Shown: positions 1-5,851 of the stretch, in pieces
How positions within the stretch are numbered: the first letter of the stretch is position 1
Layout: the number at the start of each line of letters is the position of its first letter
Source: Paraspadella gotoi
Taxonomy: Eukaryota > Animalia > Chaetognatha
DNA length: 5,851 nt
Direction: 5' to 3'
Assembly: GCA_051294375.1 (NCBI GenBank)
Contig: JBJCIZ010000630.1
Location: 24,107-29,957 of the forward strand
Made by a program: the position numbers and the translations under genes
The notes under the pieces: model-generated
Seen by the model: only the letters and a program-made list of their open reading frames with translations
Database searches by the model: none
What the model was told of the DNA's origin: nothing

Positions 1-222
1 AAGTTAATCTAATAATATTAACATGGCTATCAAAATTTTATAAATTGGATTTTTTTTTTCATTTTCATTATAAAATTGGTAAATTTAATTTTAAGAAAAT
101 ATTTAAAAAAATATATGTTTTTTATAAGCAATCAATTGGTGCAAGAAAATTATATTATTACAATACAATTGAAACATTCTTTTAAACATTTTACCACTTC
201 ATTATTATCATTATTGATATGA

Positions 223-242
223 AATAAACGAGAATAAACGAG
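223..242 (+). repeat. Perfect 10-bp tandem duplication AATAAACGAG x2
   Basis: Seen directly at 223-232 and 233-242. Confidence 0.9.
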
Positions 243-265
243 ACTGTGAGAGAGTCTTGATTGAA
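233..265 (+). repeat. Left arm of a long-range 33-bp inverted repeat (partner 5598-5630)
   Basis: AATAAACGAGACTGTGAGAGAGTCTTGATTGAA. Its reverse complement matches 5598-5630 at 30/33 positions without gaps. Confidence 0.9.
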
Positions 266-488
266 AGGTTACAGGTACCTGCTATGTCATTATCTTGTAA
301 GAGTGATGGAGGCCTTAAACCACCAAAGCCTATCCAAAGTGAGGGGCAAGATAGCCTATTTATTAAATGAATGGATAATTTTTATATTGGTTGTACCAAT
401 TTCATAAAATTCAGCTCCTTTTATTTTGATGCTGAGTAGAGTATAATATAGAATTCCCTGATCTAATACTTTAGGGAGTGGTCATTTC

Positions 489-778
489 ATACAATTGAAA
501 CATTCTTTGAAANNNNNNNNNNNNNNNNNNNNNNNNNTGATTTTCCTACTTCATTGATAGCGGCAAGCCAGGTACTCTGGGAGTTGAATACAACGCAGAC
601 TGTGACGAGAGAGTCTGATTGAAAGCTTTCGCAGGGACCTGCTCATGACCATTATCTTGTAAGAGTGCTGATGGAGGCCTTTAAACCACCAGAAGCCTGT
701 CCAAATCAGGGCGAACGATAGCTTATTTATTAAATGACATGGATAATGTTTATAATTGGGCTATTGTACCAATTTCAT
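489..778 (+). repeat. Copy 2 of the direct duplication, interrupted by the N gap and rich in 1-3 nt insertions
   Basis: Co-linear with 163-405 and ending at GTACCAATTTCAT (778). It has many small insertions relative to copy 1, e.g. GAGTG[CT]GATGG, CCACCA[G]AAGCC, AAATGA[C]ATGG, plus some substitutions. Confidence 0.9.
513..537. other. Assembly gap (run of exactly 25 N)
   Basis: 25 consecutive N are seen directly. A fixed 25-N spacer is consistent with a placeholder left by long-read gap-filling tools such as PBJelly (inference), so the true gap size is unknown. Confidence 0.97.
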
Positions 779-783
779 TACAG

Positions 784-1002
784 ATCCATGCAGGTCCCGT
801 TTCTGAACCGATGAGTTGCTCACCACCTTATCGGTCCTTCATACAAGAAGAAGCCTTCAGCAGAATAACCAATAACTCATTCACGTCCCCCCCCCCGTCG
901 AATCCAGACGCCTCGTTGCTAAGTAACGAGGACGAGACGCATCTCGCGATATTCTGTCTCGGACCCGCGCCTATTGGCAGAGTTTATTCTCTACAGTTGT
1001 GA
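784..1002 (+). other. Candidate terminal exon or exon relic, product unknown
   Basis: GC-rich island that starts right after TTTCATTACAG (AG 782-783), is open in frame to TGA at 1000-1002, and is followed by overlapping AATAAA at 1016-1021 and 1020-1025. No recognisable domain, and it adjoins low-quality duplicated sequence. Confidence 0.25.
911..931. promoter_or_regulatory. Palindrome/hairpin containing an RFX X-box-like motif (GTTGCTAAGTAAC, 915-927)
   Basis: CCTCGTTGC-TAA-GTAACGAGG forms a 9-bp stem with one G-T pair. The core resembles the RFX palindrome GTTRCC-N0-3-RGYAAC. Confidence 0.3.
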
Positions 1003-1378
1003 GATTGTTGTATTAAATAAATAAATAATAGTAATCAATTAATTTTTTGTTGTATTGTAAAGTTTGCACGGGTACATTCTAAATAAGCGGCTTGAGAGGA
1101 AAGAAAATATATGAGGGTGCAATTTTTTGCCTAAAAGATATATATATAAGATGAAATGGCCATTTTCAAATTTGATAACGAACCCTAAAAAGACTTTTAT
1201 AATATTTAAAGGAATATGCTATCTTTAAATACGTTTTTCTTAAATGTTCTCTATGCGCTTGTTTAGTCACGGCAAATCGAACATGGCCACATGCCAACTC
1301 TCGCATTCTCGGCTTCGATGTCTCAGCCCAATGGTTTTATTGCATTTTTCGGACTTATGCGAATCTGTCAAACCACAG

Positions 1379-1417
1379 CGGCATTTATCGCGCGCGATGC
1401 GGACCGCTAAAATGCCG
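1379..1417. repeat. Nested GC-rich palindromes
   Basis: An outer stem CGGCATTT (1379-1386) / AAATGCCG (1410-1417) encloses the perfect palindrome ATCGCGCGCGAT (1387-1398) and GCGG-A-CCGC (1399-1407). Confidence 0.7.
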
Positions 1418-1421
1418 GCCC

Positions 1422-1510
1422 GAGAGAGAGAGAAGAGAGAGAGAGAGAGAACGAGAAGAAAGAGGCAGAGAGACAGAGAGAGATGCAGATGAGAGACGAA
1501 GCAAGAGAGA
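1422..1510 (+). repeat. Imperfect (GA)n microsatellite / polypurine tract
   Basis: GAGAGAGAGAGAAGAGAGAGAGAGAGAGA decaying into GA-rich sequence. Confidence 0.92.
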
Positions 1511-1789
1511 TGATATATGGTTGCCTCGACGCGAGAGATGGCGAAAAGATGTCCCGATCGGAAATAAACGAAAGTAGGAAATAGCTCAAGAAATAGTGGC
1601 CTGTGTAGAAAGAAAATTCAGAAAGGAAAGGAAGAATATATCCTGTAAAGTAGCACGTCAGAAAAATAAGACAAAAAAAGAAGTATCACGGCAATTTTAG
1701 TTTTCCGTTTTTAGTTTTTATGTGTACTCGCTACTGATAAAATTACCTTCGTTTTAAAATATATACATTTTACAGTCAGTAGCTATAGC

Positions 1790-1808
1790 GAAATTGGTAC
1801 AACCAATA
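1790..1808 (-). repeat. Perfect 19-bp inverted copy of 385-403
   Basis: GAAATTGGTACAACCAATA is the exact reverse complement of TATTGGTTGTACCAATTTC (385-403). Weaker similarity continues for about 10-20 nt downstream. Confidence 0.8.
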
Positions 1809-1974
1809 AAATATACCAATATATTTATACAGTCTTTGAATATAGGGTGCAGGCTTTTGTGTTTTTTTATTTGCTTAAAACGTGTTCCTCAAACTTCGCA
1901 TCACGAGGTGTCACCTCTTTTGCGGATCAGTAGCATTTTGTTTTTTCCTATAGCTCCTTTCCCCGGCTTCGCTT

Positions 1975-1988
1975 ATTTCCATAGCAAC
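1975..1988. promoter_or_regulatory. RFX X-box-like motif ATTTCCATAGCAAC
   Basis: Differs from GTTTCCATAGCAAC, a typical 14-bp X-box form, only at the first base. Function is untested. Confidence 0.3.
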
Positions 1989-2103
1989 AGAGGGACGACG
2001 AGAAATAAACACTTGAGAGGTTTTCTCGGAGCCTTCGCTCTTTTTAAGCAATACTTGCTAGAAATCAAATCCGTTGCTTAACTTTTGAAACTCCGGGAGC
2101 CAT

Positions 2104-2480
2104 TTGATTCGAACATCACTTCGAATTCAAATTTCAAATAACGAACCGGAAAGACTGGCGAGAATAAAAAACGACATTACGCAAAATCGTCGACAAAAGA
2201 TCGCGTCACAGTCATCAGGAAGCTCGAAAAATTTTACTGCCAACGAACGGAATTTTTTTATGGGGGGGGGCGATACACACTTTAAAAACGGAATTCAGAA
2301 CACGAAAAAAGCGGACTATACGATATCTGACGAAAAAAGGCATTATTATCCTTCCGCCTTCACAAAATTAACCATGCGAATCGAAAGCAGGACATTCGGA
2401 CAGATTCCGTCGAAATTTTATCTGCAAGGAGATGGCGCCTAAATCTATGGGCAGCAGGCGCAAACTATTGGAGCGACATG
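2104..2480 (+). pseudogene. Exon-like island or degenerate coding remnant, product unknown
   Basis: 112-codon open frame at 2104-2442 with a non-ATG start. The island is A-rich on the plus strand and ends at a canonical donor ATG|GTGAGC (GT 2481-2482). No domain recognised. Confidence 0.2.
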
Positions 2481-4144
2481 GTGAGCGTTTTGTAAGACAG
2501 AAAAGTAAAAAAAAATGGTATATTTTTTATTCTCCTTGTTTTCCCTTCTTAATGCATTTACCACTGTCTATGAATTCAGTCTGAAAATCGCTGTACAGAT
2601 TTCAATGGCGCGATTTAAAGACGACGATATTGTTAATACAAAGCCGTCATGGGTTTTGCGTGAGTCATCTTTTAAAATAAAGGGAGTTATTATATATATA
2701 TGTAATAATAAATATATATTATATCTCTTACCTCCTCTCTATTTTATTCTTGGTGGTCGGTGGCCAGAGACCGGGTACGTAAGAAGCTCCATGCGGAGAG
2801 ACGGATGTTTCTACTACTACAAACAGAGAAAAGGATATGGATTTGGTTTTTTTTGAGTGTCCGACAAGGAAGCATACACAATATCCTATATATATATACG
2901 CTTATTATATGGTATGTATAAATATAAAAGTTGTACGTAAATTGATATAATTGCGATTTTTGAGGATTGGGGGATTAAAGGAGATATTGGAAGAACTGTC
3001 AGTTCGTTGTGGTGGTGTAGTTCATTCTCGATTCCCATATTATATCTTCCTATTGATCTGTGCTGGTCGCACGTAAGTGCTAATAACTCACGGAATTTCA
3101 CTAGCCAACATACGGACGCGACTTTAGTTGGTTTTTCTTTTTCGATCGCCGCTTTAATTCACTCTCCTATTATAAATCCCGACTACGACGCTTTTGCCTG
3201 CTTCTTCTTTAAATCATATTATATTAACAAAAAATTGTCCTCTTTTCTTATACAATGCTAACAAAACTATTCTCGGCTTTTAGGGAAACGAGATTTTTCT
3301 ATTTAGATATATTTTAATTTAATTTTTTTTCTCGCGCGTTATTCTTTTAGTTTTTGCCACAGATTGAAATTCTGACCTTCTTTAAACTATTGCCAATCTT
3401 TGTTTTTTTAAGTCTCCTGGAGCACGCCTCTCGTCTCTATATATTTGCGTACTCTTTCTCTTTTAAAATATTAGAACGAAAACAAAAAGATCGATATGTT
3501 TATATAAATATGTGCATAATCATTTAAAAAAAAAATAAAACACTCTCTCTTTTTTAATTGGTATGGAGCAATTTTAGAACTAATCTGTTATTATTAAATA
3601 GCTGCATATATAGTAGTCTTCTCCTCTAAATTATCTATACCCTGATCAAAACAAATAAATATATCTTTAATTACATACGGGAAGAATTTTAAGACATTCT
3701 ATGCTTTAACAAACAGTTTTTTAGCGCAATTCGAGTGAAATTTTTTAGAACTATTTGTTTTTTAAAACCTTGCCACATCGTTTAGAATAGCTCTTTTCAC
3801 GTCGTTTTCCGTTTCTACCAATGAGAAAACCGAGCTTGAGGGTTATTTGGACAACACTGAAAGGCGCGGATCTCTTGTGCCTCATATGCATTGAGACGAG
3901 CGAATCCCAGCACGAAATCGGGAGCGAGCAAGTCTTGTGTCGATGAGACCAAAGATAAATCGCTTCTCGGAAATTACAATCATTCTATATCTGGACAACT
4001 TTTTATATATCTGTTCTTTTTTTCGCTATTTTTTCCCCCTAACTACTAATTGTTCATTATCATTTGTAGTTTCTATGTCGTTTTTTAGGTGTTCGCACGT
4101 CCCACTACAATGAGTTTAACAATTATATATATTAATTTCTTCAG

Positions 4145-4559
4145 TCATTTTTGGGAAGTAAGAAAGTGGTGTGTGTGAAGGGAGTCAAACGGTTGAATGA
4201 TATCATCCGAGCGAAAGCGATGTGAGAAAGTTGAGCCGGACGGAGAAGAAGCAAGGCTGCGGAAGGATTGGTTTTGAGACGGCCCGTTTGCGAAGCCTGC
4301 GCCGAGCTGGTGGTTGAATCGATGGGATGGTGAGGCGAGTGGTTGACAGACGTGGTTAATGGGGTGTGAGTTGTGCGGAGTGGGTCGGCGGTCTAGGTAG
4401 TATCTGGAGGACTTGGCGCGTGTTGGATGCAAGAACAAAGGAACATTCTCTATATATATATGGAAAAGCGTGGCTCTCGAACAAGTCAAAGTTCCCCGCG
4501 GATTGCGGGAGCAAGAGAGAATTCCTTTGGTGTGCGCGTGTGTTGTGGTGTCTATATAA
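4145..4559 (+). pseudogene. Exon-like G-rich island with stops and frameshift, carrying two CxxC motifs
   Basis: Begins after the acceptor TTAATTTCTTCAG (AG 4143-4144). Plus-strand frames read ...GLVLRRPVCEACAELVV... and ...MGCELCGVG..., and both of these frames are interrupted by stops. Confidence 0.25.
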
Positions 4560-4685
4560 AAAAAGAAAAAAAATGCCGGTGGCGTGTAAATTGCACTTAC
4601 TTAAAATTTATCTCTTCTATTATAACAAAATTATTATATATATATTTCTGAAATTATTTGTGTTATAATTTTTTTTCCCCGTCAG

Positions 4686-5049
4686 AACTCGGCATAAAGT
4701 TTCGCGGAGAAGGAAGCTGCGGACGTCAGACTGCAGCGATCATGAGAGTGCGCGTAGGCTGACGTCCGACGAGGCGAAGTTGATGAGAGAGGAGAGGTGC
4801 AAAAGGAAAGAAGAGCAGATGAAGACTACCCGCCCCCCCGTTCCCGATGGGAGCTTCCGAGAAGTTCTCGTAGTACAAAAGCGGAGAATCTCTGAGGGAA
4901 AAAGAGACAGAAGAGATGCCGTCAGCGGAAGTGAAATTCGCGCGAAAGAGCGTAAGAACGGGGAAATGAGGAAAGACGGACGACCAAAGCGTACGTCTGG
5001 GCAGAACGTCCGATACGCGCGGCTGGCGTGCGGCGGGAAGCGACGATGA
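4686..5049 (+). pseudogene. Exon-like purine-rich island encoding R/K/E/D-rich low-complexity peptide
   Basis: Strong acceptor TTTTTTTTCCCCGTCAG (AG 4684-4685). The frame of ORF 4780-5049 is actually open from the acceptor (TRHKVSRRRKLRTSD...GGKRR*, ~120 codons). Another frame gives GSDDDDEDE near 5036-5062, so the true frame is uncertain. Confidence 0.3.
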
Positions 5050-5597
5050 CGACGAAGACGAGCGGCGATGTGCTGTAGGGAGAGTTAAGGATCTCTCTCT
5101 TTTTTTCCAGATTTTAAAAAAATCCTTTGAAACATTTGAGAAAAAGGAGAAAAAGATGTCCCATAATTATGGCTTTAATATGATACCAGTCTCATCGTTC
5201 AATCATTTTTGGTTCAAAAGATATTTAAAAAAATCAATTTTTTTATCACCAATTAAGTCACTCGGCCGAAGCTAAAAATTTAAGTGGAACCAAAAAGAAA
5301 ATTTAACGAACGCAGATTTGTTTTAAAAAATGGGCGTGGAAAATGACCATTTTTTGTAGATTATTTTTCAACGCGTGGGTTGATTGATTTGAAATATTAC
5401 ATCAACAATATTGACATACTTGCCTATCTACCTCTAACTTTCGAACACTTCGCTCGATTTTATTGGGACTTGTACCAATCGCTTTATCATTTAATAAGCT
5501 TTATTTTATGTATCTATATCTTTGTAAAATTCAGCCATCCAATACGGTTTTTTTCGATGTAAAAAAGTGGTTTTCTTTGCGCCGTAGTGTTCAAGCA

Positions 5598-5630
5598 TTC
5601 AATCAAGACTCTTTCACAAACTCGTTTATT
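5598..5630 (-). repeat. Right arm of the long-range 33-bp inverted repeat (partners 233-265 and the noisy copy at ~587-623)
   Basis: TTCAATCAAGACTCTTTCACAAACTCGTTTATT vs expected TTCAATCAAGACTCTCTCACAGTCTCGTTTATT, 3 mismatches. Confidence 0.9.
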
Positions 5631-5781
5631 TATTCCCACAATATAATTTTGACATAATTGTATTTGCAAGTACAAAAAGTATATTTTTTGCTAAATATTT
5701 TGAATTATTTTTTAAGTTATTATCAGTGGTAAAAGATTTAATAAGAATAAATTTTTTTTTTTGGAAACAAATACGAAATAT

Positions 5782-5820
5782 AGAGAGAGAAAGGGAGAAA
5801 GAAAGAGAGAAAGAGAAAGA
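5782..5820 (+). repeat. Imperfect (GA/GAAA)n polypurine microsatellite
   Basis: AGAGAGAGAAAGGGAGAAAGAAAGAGAGAAAGAGAAAGA seen directly. Confidence 0.88.
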
Positions 5821-5851
5821 CACAGATTGACCCAAAAGTATTATTTTTAGA

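Larger units (their letters stand above)
163..405 (+). repeat. Copy 1 of a local direct (tandem) duplication, period ~326 bp
   Basis: ATACAATTGAAACATTCTTT starts at 163 and again at 489. Blocks shared downstream include AGACTGTGA, GAGAGAGTCT, GATTGAAAG, CATTATCTTGTAAGAGTG, GATGGAGGCCTT, AAACCACCA, TATTTATTAAATGA, ATGGATAAT and TTGTACCAATTTCAT. Confidence 0.92.
233..5630. mobile_element. Possible decayed ~5.4-kb element bounded by inverted terminal motifs, family unassigned
   Basis: Inverted 33-mers at both ends plus two co-linear inverted anchors. I found no target-site duplication and no transposase or recombinase ORF, so two independent insertions of one repeat family remain equally possible. 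Confidence 0.3.

Noticed and set aside
911-960. Helitron 3' terminus
   Set aside because: A hairpin is present, but there is no CTRR end at the expected ~10-12 nt distance on either strand.
1150-1545. Polycomb response element (three ATGGC Pho/YY1 cores plus GAGA tract)
   Set aside because: The motifs are short and common, and the sequence alone gives no support.
1244-1589. ORFs 1244-1492 (+) and 1407-1589 (-)
   Set aside because: The RE/SL-repeat segments are simply translations of the GA microsatellite, and no domain is present.
1794-3261. ORFs 1794-2081, 2515-2856, 2886-3101 and 3007-3261 as stand-alone genes
   Set aside because: They are F/I/L/Y-rich translations that run through AT-rich or TA-repeat DNA, and none has a recognisable motif.
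3940-3975. Hammerhead-ribozyme-like GATGAGA...TCTCGGAAA, plus CTGATGA on the minus strand near 2212-2218 and CTGACGA at 2327
   Set aside because: The core CUGANGA is incomplete or lacks a properly placed stem II and GAAA, and stems I and III could not be formed.
4146-4400. Plus-strand frame with four in-frame TGA among many Trp codons, suggesting TGA=Trp or selenocysteine recoding
   Set aside because: TGA is frequent in the neighbouring frame too because the island is TG-rich. There is no organellar context and no evident SECIS, so decay or chance is the simpler explanation.
4145-4489. 114-aa minus-strand ORF rich in H/P/S
   Set aside because: Its composition mirrors the G/T-rich plus strand, which depletes minus-strand stops. 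The splice signals point to the plus strand.
1544-5162. 12-bp direct repeat AAAAGATGTCCC (1544-1555, 5151-5162) as a target-site duplication
   Set aside because: A 12-mer match is expected by chance in a window of this size and composition, and no terminal repeats lie just inside it.
5626-5835. ORF 5626-5835 (-)
   Set aside because: Translation of a CT microsatellite and AT-rich DNA, with no coding signal.
1-5851. CRISPR array, tRNA/rRNA, prokaryotic operon or defence system
   Set aside because: There are no regularly spaced repeat-spacer units, no cloverleaf or rRNA-like sequence, and no gene-dense structure. The window looks eukaryotic.

Overview
This window is eukaryotic DNA. It alternates very AT-rich spacers with CpG-rich islands and GA/TA microsatellites, a texture typical of insect genomes, and Hymenoptera in particular (inference from composition only). 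I recognise no intact protein-coding gene, RNA gene, transposase or CRISPR array, and most listed ORFs look like chance or microsatellite artefacts. Directly visible features are: (1) a 25-N assembly gap at 513-537, inside the second copy of a diverged tandem duplication (163-405 vs 489-778, period ~326 bp); (2) a 33-bp motif at 233-265 that recurs in inverted orientation 5.4 kb away at 5598-5630 (30/33 identical), with two further co-linear inverted anchors, suggesting the ends of a decayed ~5.4-kb element or two copies of one repeat family; (3) an ATTGG-N5-9-CCAAT palindrome present four times; (4) several purine-rich, exon-like plus-strand islands bounded by canonical splice signals but broken by stops and frameshifts, one holding two CxxC motifs; (5) RFX X-box-like palindromes and small GC hairpins. 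The best overall reading is a patchwork of old mobile-element or pseudogene material plus a local assembly artefact. Nothing here can be called a new system from the sequence alone.
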